Assembly: GCA_014729775.1 (NCBI GenBank) | Contig: WJJJ01000011.1 | Span: forward strand, 4,606 to 68,605 | From: Candidatus Omnitrophota bacterium | Lineage (GTDB): Bacteria; Omnitrophota; Gorgyraeia; Duberdicusellales; 4484-171 | Direction of reading: 5' to 3' | Length of the DNA: 64,000 nucleotides | Part shown: positions 21,356-33,923 of the stretch, one piece after another | Position numbering within the stretch: position 1 is the first letter of the stretch | Layout: each line of letters starts with the position of its first letter | The notes under the pieces: model-generated | What the model was told of the DNA's origin: nothing | Seen by the model: only the letters and a program-made list of their open reading frames with translations | The model's database searches: none | Translations under genes and position numbers: made by a program

Positions 21356-22587
21356 AAGCAAAGGTAGTGACCCTCGGCTGTAAAGTCAACCAATATGAAG
21401 GACGGTGCCTTGAAGAACTGCTCGAAGTCCACGGGTATACTCTGACCGAACAACAGGCGGACCTCTGTGTGATCAATTCCTGTTCGGTCACGGCTCGCGC
21501 CGACCGAAAGACGAAAAACGCCGTGAAAAACGCGCGGAAGGAAAATCCTTCGGCCCGCCTGGTGCTGTGCGGCTGTTACAGCGAATCAGACGAACCCTCG
21601 TTTCGTACACTCGGGGTGGAGATCTTCGTACCCCCGGATCGAAAAACCTCGCTGATCTCGTTCCTGAACGGGAACACGCCGTCTCCCGGAGACGTACGGA
21701 ATTTTTCGTTACGGCGATTTCATTCCCGGCGTGCATTCCTGAAAATACAGGATGGATGCGATATCCGCTGTGCTTTTTGCAAAATTCCTTCCATGCGCGG
21801 TCCGTCTCGCAGCCGTCCTCTTGAACCGATCCTGGAAGAAACCCGGCATCTGGTTCGCTTTCATCCGGAAATTGTGCTCTGCGGAGTGAATATCGGTCTT
21901 TATGGAAAAGATTTACGCCCGGAGAGTTCTCTGCCCCGTCTTCTTGACGCACTGCTCGCCGTTGCGGATCTCCAGCGAATACGGCTCGGCTCTCTGGATA
22001 CCGTATTCGTCACCCGGGAAACACTCAATTTTCTGGCGCATCCTGCCATGGCTCCCCATCTCCATTTATCCTTTCAAAGCGGGGACGATTCCGTGCTTAA
22101 GGCCATGGGCAAACCGGACCGGACCGCAGATTATGCGGCCGCGGTGGAAAACGCCCGGAAAATCTGTCCTCATGTCGCCATAAGCTGTGATATTCTGGTC
22201 GGCTTTCCCGCAGAAGGCGAACACCAGTTCCAAAACACGCTGGCTTTTCTGGAACGCATTCGGCCGATGAGAACCCACATATTCACCTTTTCCCCCCGGG
22301 AAGGCACGCCGCTCTCCCGCACTCCCGGACCGGGAAGCCGGGAGAAGAAGAGACGATACCGGACAGTACGCGCGCATGCCGAAAAATATGCCCGCGAGTA
22401 CGTCCGGCGGCAGATTCAAGCTCCGCAGAGAATGGTCGCAGAGGAGCGGGACGGGGAATGGACTCGCGGCACGACGGGAACGTACTTAAAGGTATCGGTC
22501 CGGGAACGGCTCCCGCTCGGCCGCATCTATTCCGTGATACCGGTAACGCAGGCGGCGAACGGGATCGTCGCAGTCAGGAATCATTGA
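21352..22587 (+). CDS. mtaB: tRNA t6A37 methylthiotransferase (MiaB/RimO-family radical SAM)
   Basis: TLGCKVNQYE, INSCSVT and KIQDGCDIRCAFC motifs; adjacent to rsmE. Confidence 0.85.
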   Translation: MKAKVVTLGCKVNQYEGRCLEELLEVHGYTLTEQQADLCVINSCSVTARADRKTKNAVKNARKENPSARLVLCGCYSESDEPSFRTLGVEIFVPPDRKTSLISFLNGNTPSPGDVRNFSLRRFHSRRAFLKIQDGCDIRCAFCKIPSMRGPSRSRPLEPILEETRHLVRFHPEIVLCGVNIGLYGKDLRPESSLPRLLDALLAVADLQRIRLGSLDTVFVTRETLNFLAHPAMAPHLHLSFQSGDDSVLKAMGKPDRTADYAAAVENARKICPHVAISCDILVGFPAEGEHQFQNTLAFLERIRPMRTHIFTFSPREGTPLSRTPGPGSREKKRRYRTVRAHAEKYAREYVRRQIQAPQRMVAEERDGEWTRGTTGTYLKVSVRERLPLGRIYSVIPVTQAANGIVAVRNH

Positions 22588-22589
22588 CC

Positions 22590-23300
22590 ATGCGTCTCAA
22601 CGCCTATCTCGCCCAAAACGGCAGAATATCCCGGCGGAAAGCCGATGCGCTTATCGCATCCGGATCGGTCACGGTGAACGGACGAGTGATACGCAGTCCC
22701 GGGTACGGGGTAGCAGACGACGACGCGGTGAAAGCAGATGGAGCTCATATCCGCGCCGAACCGAAAAAATATCTGCTTTTACACAAACCGAAAGGAGTAA
22801 CTTCCACGGTAAAGGACAAATTCGCGGCTCTCACCGCGCTCGATCTTCTTCCCCGCGAATCCCGCAACGTATATCCCGCGGGACGGCTGGATAAGAATTC
22901 GACCGGGATGCTCATTCTCACGAACGACGGAGAGCTGTGCCATCGAATTACGCATCCCCGTCACGAGATCGAAAAAGAATATCTGGCGACTCTTCGCGGA
23001 AGCCTTCCCGAAAAGGCATGCACGCAGCTGGTGCACGGGATACGGGACGGAGAAGATCTGCTCCGTGTCGAACGTCTCGTCTTCCTTGAGCGCGGCCGTG
23101 AACGTACCCGCTGCCGGATCACGGTGAGGGAAGGAAAAAAACGCCATCTGCGCCGCATCTTCCGCCGCGCGGGAACTCCGGTAGAGGAACTGCACCGTAT
23201 ACGGATCGGAGGTCTTCTTCTGAACGGCCTTCCGGAGGGACAATACCGGCGTTTATCCCGCCGGCAGGCCTACCGGGCGTTGAGACGCGAACCGGAATAA
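22590..23300 (+). CDS. rRNA pseudouridine synthase (RsuA/RluB family)
   Basis: S4 domain with SRRKAD, HKPKG, catalytic GRLD and EGKKRHLRR. Confidence 0.92.
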   Translation: MRLNAYLAQNGRISRRKADALIASGSVTVNGRVIRSPGYGVADDDAVKADGAHIRAEPKKYLLLHKPKGVTSTVKDKFAALTALDLLPRESRNVYPAGRLDKNSTGMLILTNDGELCHRITHPRHEIEKEYLATLRGSLPEKACTQLVHGIRDGEDLLRVERLVFLERGRERTRCRITVREGKKRHLRRIFRRAGTPVEELHRIRIGGLLLNGLPEGQYRRLSRRQAYRALRREPE

Positions 23301-23308
23301 TTTTTTTG

Positions 23309-23337
23309 TTGGAGGAAAAGAAAAATAATGTTAGGAT
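23309..23337 (+). promoter_or_regulatory. Putative sigma70 promoter upstream of the gmhB-like gene
   Basis: TTGGAG-17 nt-TAGGAT with TGn extension, in an AT-rich intergenic gap. Confidence 0.45.
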
Positions 23338-23370
23338 ACTCTCTCACCCCATTAAAAACAAGGAGTCGGA

Positions 23371-23919
23371 ATGAAAGTTGTTTTCCTCGATCGCGACGGC
23401 GTCATTAATACCTATCCCGGAGAAGGCAAATACGTGACTTCACCGAAGGACTTGAAACTTATTCCCGGCAGTGCGGAAGGACTGCGCCTGCTGTCTCAAC
23501 GCGGTTTCAAATTATTCGTCGTCTCCAACCAATCGGGAGTAGCCCGGGGGCTGTACACGGAAAAAGACCTGGAAAAAATCACAAAACGTCTGCGCGTCCT
23601 GCTCAAGAAAAACCGGGCCCGCGTCGACGGGATATATTATTGCACCCATCATCCCGACGAACAATGCCACTGCCGCAAGCCGGACACCGGATTGCTGGAC
23701 CGGGCACTCCGTGAACACGGACTGAAGCCCGGGGCTTCCTGTTTCATCGGAGATTCGTTTACCGATATGCACACCGCGAAAAAGTTCGGTGCCAAACCGA
23801 TCCTGGTGCTCTCCGGCCGCGAAAAAATCTCCCGGCGGGACGAATGGCCGTTTGACCCGGATTATATTTTTGACAATCTTCTGCTTGCCGCTCACTATCT
23901 CTGCGCCCACAATGGTTAA
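23371..23919 (+). CDS. gmhB: HAD-IIIA phosphatase, D-glycero-D-manno-heptose 1,7-bisphosphate phosphatase-like
   Basis: FLDRDGVIN, SNQSG, CTHH...CHCRKP and IGDS motifs. Confidence 0.85.
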   Translation: MKVVFLDRDGVINTYPGEGKYVTSPKDLKLIPGSAEGLRLLSQRGFKLFVVSNQSGVARGLYTEKDLEKITKRLRVLLKKNRARVDGIYYCTHHPDEQCHCRKPDTGLLDRALREHGLKPGASCFIGDSFTDMHTAKKFGAKPILVLSGREKISRRDEWPFDPDYIFDNLLLAAHYLCAHNG

Positions 23920-24952
23920 ATACTGCGTTTTTCATGCGACATTCGGACAAGGACACGCGCAGGCGGCGCAAGCCATCGCCGACTACCTGCATACCCCGGC
24001 TGTGGACCTGCTCGGGTTTCTGCCCCGCATCCCGGCCCGTCTGCTCTCCCAAGGATACGTATGGATCACGGAACACGCACCGCTGTTGTGGCATACCTTG
24101 TTTCTCGCCTCCCGTCCCGCACCCGTAGTCCGGCTGCTGCAGCGGCTTCACTGCGTATGGTACCGCGGCGCGCTGCGTTTTCTGCTGCGTCAGCGCCCCG
24201 AATGCCTGATCACTACCCATTTCTTTCCGGTGGGACTCGCCGCGGAGGCGAAGAAATATCTTCCGCACATGCGGATCATCGTGGTGGTGACCGATCTCCG
24301 CGTGCATCCGCTCTGGCACCACGATAAGGTTGACCGTTATTACGTGGCTCATCCGCAAGGCAGAGAGGATCTGATCCGACGGGGAGTGCGTCCGGATAAA
24401 ATCTCCTGCGGATACGTCCCGGTGCGCGCGCAATTCTTTACCGGCTGCGACGCCGGTCAACTCAGGATCCGCTACGGCATCGATCACCGTCCCTGCGTCC
24501 TGTTGGTATCTTCTTTGAGCGGCCGCTTCCCGGAAGTGGAAAAGCTGATCACGGAGCTCAAGGATCAATATAATCTTTTCATTATTTACGGACGAAACCG
24601 CCGAATGTGCCGGAAATTACAGCGGTTTAAATCCAAGGGCGTACGTCTGTTCCGGTTCCACAGCCGTATCTGGGAACTGATGACGCTGGCCCGGATCATC
24701 GTTACCAAACCGGGCGGATTAACGCTCTTTGAAGGCATGGTAAAACGCGCCTACTTTGTCTTTCCCGAGTACATCCCGGGACAGGAATATGAAAATCTTC
24801 AACTCATAACCGATTACGGAATCGCTGAATACGCTCCGGACGTACATTCGATTATTGCCGCGATCCGTAAATTTTCCGGAGGGCCGTCCGAAAAATACCC
24901 TCTGCAGGTCAAAGATATACGTCCCGAAATCCGCGGTGCCCAACGCTCATGA
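23912..24952 (+). CDS. MGDG synthase/UgtP-like glycosyltransferase (GT28)
   Basis: FGQGHAQAAQAI, TTHF, VVTD...HPLW, TKPGGLT and IPGQEYEN motifs. Confidence 0.8.
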   Translation: MVKYCVFHATFGQGHAQAAQAIADYLHTPAVDLLGFLPRIPARLLSQGYVWITEHAPLLWHTLFLASRPAPVVRLLQRLHCVWYRGALRFLLRQRPECLITTHFFPVGLAAEAKKYLPHMRIIVVVTDLRVHPLWHHDKVDRYYVAHPQGREDLIRRGVRPDKISCGYVPVRAQFFTGCDAGQLRIRYGIDHRPCVLLVSSLSGRFPEVEKLITELKDQYNLFIIYGRNRRMCRKLQRFKSKGVRLFRFHSRIWELMTLARIIVTKPGGLTLFEGMVKRAYFVFPEYIPGQEYENLQLITDYGIAEYAPDVHSIIAAIRKFSGGPSEKYPLQVKDIRPEIRGAQRS

Positions 24953-26745
24953 AAATCGCCCGAGTGATTTTACCGATTGCGCTGGAAAAAGAATTCGATT
25001 ATTGTCTGTCCGGGAACGCGCCGGCGCGGCGCGGAATGCGGGTACAGGTAAATTTCAACGGAAAAAGAAGGATCGGAATCATTTCCGGTATCCAACCGAC
25101 CACCAAATGCGCCAAGATCAAACCGGTGCTTGAAGTACTGGACCCGTCTCCCGTGCTCCGTCCCGATCAGTTCCGGCTGGCCCGCGCCCTGAGTCAATTC
25201 TATCCCTATGCCTTCGGAGAATTTTTATTCATGATGCTGCCTGCCGCGGCGAAACGGCGGAAGAAACTGGAGTGGACGCCGGCCAGGCGGCCTGGGTCCG
25301 GCACCTCCCCACAGGAAACGGTCCCTTCCTATATTCAGGGATTTGATTTTGCTCAGCGATACCGCCGCTACCGCCCCTTTCTCGATGAGGCGCTTTCCCG
25401 CGGGTCGGTAGTATTCTGTGTGCCTCATGCAGGGCTTCTCGGCGAAGCCGCCGCCCGGCTGAAGGAAGATTATCCGGAGCGGATCTGTCCCCTCCACAGC
25501 CGAATGACTGAAAAGGAGCAGTACGCCAGCTGGCATCGTTCGCGATCACGGTCGGTCCTGCTGGGCACGCGCAGTGCTCTGTGGTATTATCCCCGGGATC
25601 TCACACTTATCGTGCTTGACGAAGAACACAGCGAATATTATTTCCAGGAGGAAAAGCCCTATTCGCACCTTCGCGACGTCGCCCGGCTCGTGGCCGACGA
25701 GACAAAATGCCGGGTACTGCTGGGAGGAGAATATCCCTCTCTGGCGACATACGCGCAGATACACCGAAAACGCATCACCGCGGATTTTTCCGCACATGCG
25801 TTCACTCCGATCCAGATCATCCCCCTTCACGACACGGGCAACAAACACCGGGCATTCAGTCCGCTGCTGTTTGAATTCATCCGTCAGACCCTGGAACAGG
25901 AGAAGAGATGTATCCTTATCTGGAACAAAAAAGGGTATACGCGGGCGCTGGTATGCACTTCCTGCAATGTTTCTCTTCAATGCCGACAGTGTTCGGGATA
26001 CCTGTGGTATTCCCGGGCCGAAGACAAAGCGGTATGCTCCCGCTGCGAGCGGCGCTATTCCGTTCCGCCGCTGTGTCCGGTCTGCAATTCGGGTTTACTG
26101 AAAAGCAGGGGAATGGGCATTGAAAAGTTAGAAGCGATGATAAGACAGTTCTTTCCTGAAGCCGCGCTCGCCATGCTGGACGAAGAGAATAAAAGGGAAT
26201 CCGACATTCTCCTTTCCACGAGAAAGGCAGTCAATATCCCGCAACTGCGCGGCAAATACGACCGGGCATTTATTCTGGATATCGACTCCTTTCTGAACCG
26301 CCGGGAATACCACGCGACATTCGACGCGTTTCTGTTTCTCCGGAAATTAAGCTGGATGATGAAAGAACGCGTGTATCTGTTCACGCGGCTGTTGTCACAC
26401 CCTCTGTTCGAGACGCTGAACGAATCGTGGGAACAGTTCTACCGGAAAGAACTGGATACGCGCCGGCGTCTGAGTCTTCCCCCGTACGGACACACCGTCA
26501 AATTCGTGCTTCGCGGACCGAAGGAAATGTCGGTTTGCAGACAGGCGCAAAATCTATATAATAAACTTTCGGGGATACCGGGAGATTTGTACGGACCGGC
26601 ACCGGAAGTTCCCTTTCGCGTGCGCGGCAACTACCGGTTTTCGATCACGCTGAAGACCGGCGCTTCGGTGCCGGTACGCAAAGAGGTGAAGAACGTACTC
26701 TCGCGGCATCGGACACACGCAAAAATCGCGGTGATAATCGAGTGA
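24949..26745 (+). CDS. priA: Primosomal protein N' with degenerate helicase motifs
   Basis: 3'-binding domain (EFDY...RVQVNF), GTRSA, DEEH, four CxxC pairs and LPPY C-terminal domain; upstream of fmt. Confidence 0.88.
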   Translation: MKIARVILPIALEKEFDYCLSGNAPARRGMRVQVNFNGKRRIGIISGIQPTTKCAKIKPVLEVLDPSPVLRPDQFRLARALSQFYPYAFGEFLFMMLPAAAKRRKKLEWTPARRPGSGTSPQETVPSYIQGFDFAQRYRRYRPFLDEALSRGSVVFCVPHAGLLGEAAARLKEDYPERICPLHSRMTEKEQYASWHRSRSRSVLLGTRSALWYYPRDLTLIVLDEEHSEYYFQEEKPYSHLRDVARLVADETKCRVLLGGEYPSLATYAQIHRKRITADFSAHAFTPIQIIPLHDTGNKHRAFSPLLFEFIRQTLEQEKRCILIWNKKGYTRALVCTSCNVSLQCRQCSGYLWYSRAEDKAVCSRCERRYSVPPLCPVCNSGLLKSRGMGIEKLEAMIRQFFPEAALAMLDEENKRESDILLSTRKAVNIPQLRGKYDRAFILDIDSFLNRREYHATFDAFLFLRKLSWMMKERVYLFTRLLSHPLFETLNESWEQFYRKELDTRRRLSLPPYGHTVKFVLRGPKEMSVCRQAQNLYNKLSGIPGDLYGPAPEVPFRVRGNYRFSITLKTGASVPVRKEVKNVLSRHRTHAKIAVIIE

Positions 26746-27722
26746 AACATCCGTCTGGCGCACCACACAAAAAGATACTCTATTTCGGGAGCTCCCGTTT
26801 TTCCCGGATCGTACTGGAAATGATGTGCGCGCACGGCCGGATTCCCGCGCATGTCATTACCCGGCCGGCACGGCCTCGGGGACGGGGACTCTCGTCCTCG
26901 GCGACGGAAACACACCAAGTCTGTCTCCAGCGCGATATTCCGGTAGAGGCGCCGGAAACATTGACCGGATCTTCGCTGAAAACGCGTCTTTCCCGGATGC
27001 ATCCGGAGTATCTCGTCCTCGCCGATTACGGGGGATTGTTGCCGGACTGGCTTTTAAAGATGCCGTCCCGGATGCCGCTGGGAGTGCATCCCTCTTTGCT
27101 TCCCAAATACCGCGGCGCCGCGCCCGTTCACTGGGCTTTATTACGCGGTGAAAGGGAAACTGGGGTGACAATTTTCCGGGTCGAGCCCGAACTTGACGCC
27201 GGAGGGATCATTTCTCAACGCAAAATTTCAGTCGATCCCGAGGATACCGTGCACACCTTGACCGAAAAGCTTGCCCGGGCCGGGGGAACCTTGTTGAGCG
27301 ACACATTGACCGCACTGACCGAAAAAAAGCTCAAGCCGAAACCCCAGGACGAATCCAAGGCAACCTACGCGCCCAAGCTGAAAAAAAGCGACGGGAACAT
27401 TCGATGGGGGGCCCAATCCGCTTCCCAGATCATCAATCTCATCCGGGCAACGACAGGATGGCCTTCGGCCTACACTTTTTACCGCGGGCGACAGATAAAG
27501 ATCATCCGCGCCCGGGCGGTTGCCCGGGATCATCCGGCCGTTCCCGGCACGGTACTCGCCGCAGATCCGCAGGGAATAGAGGTCGGCGCAGGCGCGCATA
27601 TTCTGAAGGTGTCAGTTCTGCAGCCGGAAGGAAAACGGCCCATGGATGCCGGCGCGTTTCTTTCCGGATACCGGATCCAGCCCGGAGACCGTTTCAGCTC
27701 CGAGAGAAATGGAAAAAATTAA
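26742..27722 (+). CDS. fmt: Methionyl-tRNA formyltransferase
   Basis: HPSLLPKYRGAAP, ETGVT, LDAG and QPEGKRPM motifs. Confidence 0.95.
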   Translation: MKHPSGAPHKKILYFGSSRFSRIVLEMMCAHGRIPAHVITRPARPRGRGLSSSATETHQVCLQRDIPVEAPETLTGSSLKTRLSRMHPEYLVLADYGGLLPDWLLKMPSRMPLGVHPSLLPKYRGAAPVHWALLRGERETGVTIFRVEPELDAGGIISQRKISVDPEDTVHTLTEKLARAGGTLLSDTLTALTEKKLKPKPQDESKATYAPKLKKSDGNIRWGAQSASQIINLIRATTGWPSAYTFYRGRQIKIIRARAVARDHPAVPGTVLAADPQGIEVGAGAHILKVSVLQPEGKRPMDAGAFLSGYRIQPGDRFSSERNGKN

Positions 27723-27761
27723 ACAGAGACACGCAAGAGCGGAGAGGGAAAAGGAGGAACC

Positions 27762-28037
27762 GTGAGCGAACATGCGCGATACGTGACTTTTGAAGGCAAC
27801 GTCCAGGGGGTGGGATTTCGCTATACCGCCCAGCGACTCGCGGGAAGACACCAAATCAGCGGCTGGGTACGCAATCTTTGCGACGGAAGAGTGGAATTAT
27901 TCGCCCAGGGAAAACCGGAGTATGTACGCGATTATCTGGACGGAATCCGCGCAAATTTTTCCCGCCACATCCATAAAACCTTACAGGAAGAGCGGGACTG
28001 TGATCAAGGGCTGTCCGGCTTCCGGATACGGTATTAA
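27762..28037 (+). CDS. acyP: Acylphosphatase
   Basis: GNVQGVGFR and GWVRNLCDGRVE motifs; AGGAGG Shine-Dalgarno. Confidence 0.93.
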   Translation: MSEHARYVTFEGNVQGVGFRYTAQRLAGRHQISGWVRNLCDGRVELFAQGKPEYVRDYLDGIRANFSRHIHKTLQEERDCDQGLSGFRIRY

Positions 28038-28083
28038 GAAAAAAGCGGAAAACCAGAATAGAGGCGAGCGGAAAAGGGAAGAT

Positions 28084-30826
<2,743 letters not shown>

Positions 30827-30832
30827 TTTCTC

Positions 30833-30861
30833 TGGACTTTTCGTTCATTTAATGGTACATT
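30833..30861 (+). promoter_or_regulatory. Possible sigma70 promoter of the pilin-like gene
   Basis: TGGACT-17 nt-TACATT with TGn extension. Confidence 0.35.
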
Positions 30862-30869
30862 TGAGGTGT

Positions 30870-31544
30870 ATGGACAAAAGAAAGCGGGTATTTACGCTGG
30901 TGGAAATCATGCTGGTGCTCATTCTGGTCGGCATCATCGCCACTTTTTCCATTCCGGTGTACCGCGGAGTGGTGGAACGCTCCCGGGCCGAAGCCTGTGC
31001 GGTGAATCTGGAAGCATTGCTGGCAGCGGTCGAAACGTTCACGATGGAACAGAATACTACCCCAGGGGATCTGAGCTGGCTCAGGGAGAAGGATTTCCGG
31101 AAAGCCTGGGCGAGGATCTATCGCAGAAAGGGGTACTGGAAGGTCAAACTGACCCAGTTCGTCGCCGAACTGGACCGCCGCGGCACGGCCTACGCGCAGT
31201 GGGTCGATACCTACATCGGCAATATCGCCAGATACCGCTGTCCGTCGGCTCCTCAGGGACTGGGGATGACCTACGGATTAAATCCGGCCGTCGCAAACCT
31301 CCCGTTCGGGACCTATCAGAACCTTGGAGCAAACGTACCGGTCATCTATGACGCCGACGGGAGAGGGAATCCGGTTTCCCGTCATCGGGATGTCGCGTTT
31401 TTCGGCACCGGATCGGCGTACGTCCAGGGAATCAACAGGAACGGAGAAGTGCTGGTATCCCAAAGCGGAACACGCTGGCAACTAAAATCTGATGATGATG
31501 GTGACGACGACGGGCCTAAAGATGGCGATGACCTCGACGACTGA
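30870..31544 (+). CDS. Type IV pilin/pseudopilin-like protein
   Basis: Basic leader MDKRKRV, then FTLVEIMLVLILVGIIA with E+5; internal RCPS; Asp-rich tail. Confidence 0.8.
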   Translation: MDKRKRVFTLVEIMLVLILVGIIATFSIPVYRGVVERSRAEACAVNLEALLAAVETFTMEQNTTPGDLSWLREKDFRKAWARIYRRKGYWKVKLTQFVAELDRRGTAYAQWVDTYIGNIARYRCPSAPQGLGMTYGLNPAVANLPFGTYQNLGANVPVIYDADGRGNPVSRHRDVAFFGTGSAYVQGINRNGEVLVSQSGTRWQLKSDDDGDDDGPKDGDDLDD

Positions 31545-31622
31545 ATCCATTCCATCACGGTCCCTGTCCCGAGAAAAAATGCGTTATACGCGTAGAGATC
31601 AATTGTTAACCATCCGGGTGAG

Positions 31623-33890
31623 GTGAGAAAATCAGTCATATCGGCTTTTATTCTCTGCGCCGTACTTGCCGGCGCGTTCTTCTGGATCTATCCTTCTCTT
31701 CCTTTTTCCGGGTGCGCCTTTTTTGATGACACTGCCCTGCAATTATATGGCATTATCTCGCGCGCCCAGCCTCCGGACCGTATCATAGTGGTGGAAATCA
31801 CCGAGGAGGACACGCGGCGGCTTAAACAGCAGTGGCCTTTTTCCCGGGCACTCTTCGCGCGCGCATTTCGTAATTTGGCCGAAAGCGAAGCCAGGGTGAT
31901 TGGCGCGGATATCCTTTTCGCCGGAAGGATGACCGATCCGGCGGCCGACCGCGCCCTGAAAGAAACCTTACAGGCGCTCAACGTGCCGGTCATATTCGCC
32001 GCGGCGCAGGGACCGGGCGGGCATCCGGTGCTTCCGGCGGCGCAACTGCGCGAGTTGGTCACGATCGGGTACGCTAATGTACCGCGCGATCGCGACGGAG
32101 TGGTGAGACGGGCACGGATGGCATGGCCGGACCGGGAAACGCCGCGTTTTTCTTTTCCGGCGCGGGTTGCCGAAGCCTACACACAGAAAAAGCTCACCTA
32201 TGTAAACGACTCCCTGAGGATTGGAAATGACCCCATCGCGACGCAGCCAGACGGCACGCTCACTTTTCATTCAATTCATCCCCCCCGAAAATTTACGCGT
32301 TATTCCTTCACTGATATCGTGCACAACTCTTTTCCCGCCGCAGAGATAGGCGGTTCAATCGTCCTGATCGGAACGACCATGGAACTTACCCACGACCGGC
32401 ACCGCACCGCTTTCGGGGAAATGCCCGGTGTCTACGTGCACGCGAATATCGTACACAGTCTGCTCACCCGACGCACGGGAGTTCCTCTGCCGGTCGCGGT
32501 CCAGGCGGTGCTCGCCGCGGGACTTATTCTCGGCGTCTGGATACTGACCGTACGCGCCCCGCTGCTCCCGGCGGTACTGTTATCCTGCGGTTTATTCTTG
32601 CTTGTGGTATGGATGGATGCCGCCCTTCTTTTTCTGGGAAAGGAAATACCGTCAGGGAGGATACTTTTCAGCGGAGCGTTGTTTTTATGCGGCGCCGGCA
32701 TGTATTCTTCCTTCCGGTTCAAACGGCAGCTCTCCCGGATAAAGAACAACCTGACCCGGGATCCGCTTACCAAACTTTCCACCCCGCGGTTCTTCTACGA
32801 CCGGATACGCCTGGAACTGAAACAAGTTCCCCGGCGCGTGCCGCGGGTGATCGTCGTTTACCTCAAAGGAATGGAGGAAGCGATGGAGCAAAAGGATTAT
32901 CCTGAGGTTACGCATTTCTGGCGGCATTTCGCCGAATTTCTCTATCAGCAAGGACCGGTATGGACTTTGTACCACCGTGAATTTCTGTTAGGCATGTCCG
33001 CGCGGGGATTATCGGCGCAATGGTACTGCCGCCGGCTCGCGCATTTCACCGAAGATTTTTTTCCCGTACGGGTGACGGCGGCAGAAATTCACGCGGCCCC
33101 GGACCTCGCCCTGCCCGAAACGGTCATGGCATGCGCCGATGCACTGAAAGAATTCAAGGGAACGGTACTGCCTCCTGAGCACACCCCGCATGTCACGGGG
33201 GGCGGCGAACGCGGTTCGTCCGATGGATTAACCCCATTTTTCCAGGAAACCGAGCAAAAAAATCGCGCACTTCTGCAGTCCATTGAACAGCTGAAGCGCC
33301 AGGAACAAAAAAACCGCGAAGCGTTCCTGCAGGTAATCACCTCGCTGATCGCCGCCCTTGAAGCCAAAGATCCCTACACCGAAGGACACTCTCAGCGGGT
33401 TGCCAAGTATTCGCTCCTGCTCGCCGAAAAAATGCACTTGAGCAGAGAAGAAGAACAATTTCTCCGGCGGGCCGCGCTTCTGCATGATTTAGGAAAAATC
33501 GGGATCCCGGACACGATCCTGCACAAAAGAGGAGCATTGAGCGAAGAGGAATTTGCGCAGATCCGCACCCACGGAAACGTCGGGGTCCAAATTCTCAAGG
33601 TCATCCGGGAATTCGAGAATATCCTTCCCCTCATTCAATATCACCATGAAAACTACGACGGGTCCGGATATCCGCACGGATTAAGCCAGCATCTGATACC
33701 CCGGGGCGCCCGGATCATCGCCGTCGCCGACGTATTCGACGCCCTGACCACCGGCAGGTCCTATAAAAAGGCGTTCACCGTCGAGGAAACGGTCGAAGAA
33801 CTCCGCCGGATGAAGGGAAAACGCCTCGACCCGGAACTGGTCGAGTACTTTATCGAAGCCCTGCGGGAACACGACCTCTACCGTGAATAA
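31623..33890 (+). CDS. CHASE2 sensor / degenerate GGDEF / HD-GYP phosphodiesterase
   Basis: CHASE2 (WPFSRA, DRDGVVR, PGVYVHAN), three TMs, RDPLT, then HSQRV, LLHDLGKIG, HHENYDGSGYP and VADVFDAL. Confidence 0.9.
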   Translation: MRKSVISAFILCAVLAGAFFWIYPSLPFSGCAFFDDTALQLYGIISRAQPPDRIIVVEITEEDTRRLKQQWPFSRALFARAFRNLAESEARVIGADILFAGRMTDPAADRALKETLQALNVPVIFAAAQGPGGHPVLPAAQLRELVTIGYANVPRDRDGVVRRARMAWPDRETPRFSFPARVAEAYTQKKLTYVNDSLRIGNDPIATQPDGTLTFHSIHPPRKFTRYSFTDIVHNSFPAAEIGGSIVLIGTTMELTHDRHRTAFGEMPGVYVHANIVHSLLTRRTGVPLPVAVQAVLAAGLILGVWILTVRAPLLPAVLLSCGLFLLVVWMDAALLFLGKEIPSGRILFSGALFLCGAGMYSSFRFKRQLSRIKNNLTRDPLTKLSTPRFFYDRIRLELKQVPRRVPRVIVVYLKGMEEAMEQKDYPEVTHFWRHFAEFLYQQGPVWTLYHREFLLGMSARGLSAQWYCRRLAHFTEDFFPVRVTAAEIHAAPDLALPETVMACADALKEFKGTVLPPEHTPHVTGGGERGSSDGLTPFFQETEQKNRALLQSIEQLKRQEQKNREAFLQVITSLIAALEAKDPYTEGHSQRVAKYSLLLAEKMHLSREEEQFLRRAALLHDLGKIGIPDTILHKRGALSEEEFAQIRTHGNVGVQILKVIREFENILPLIQYHHENYDGSGYPHGLSQHLIPRGARIIAVADVFDALTTGRSYKKAFTVEETVEELRRMKGKRLDPELVEYFIEALREHDLYRE

Positions 33891-33923
33891 AGGGATCGCG
33901 GGGCGAAACGGTGCCGAAAAAGC

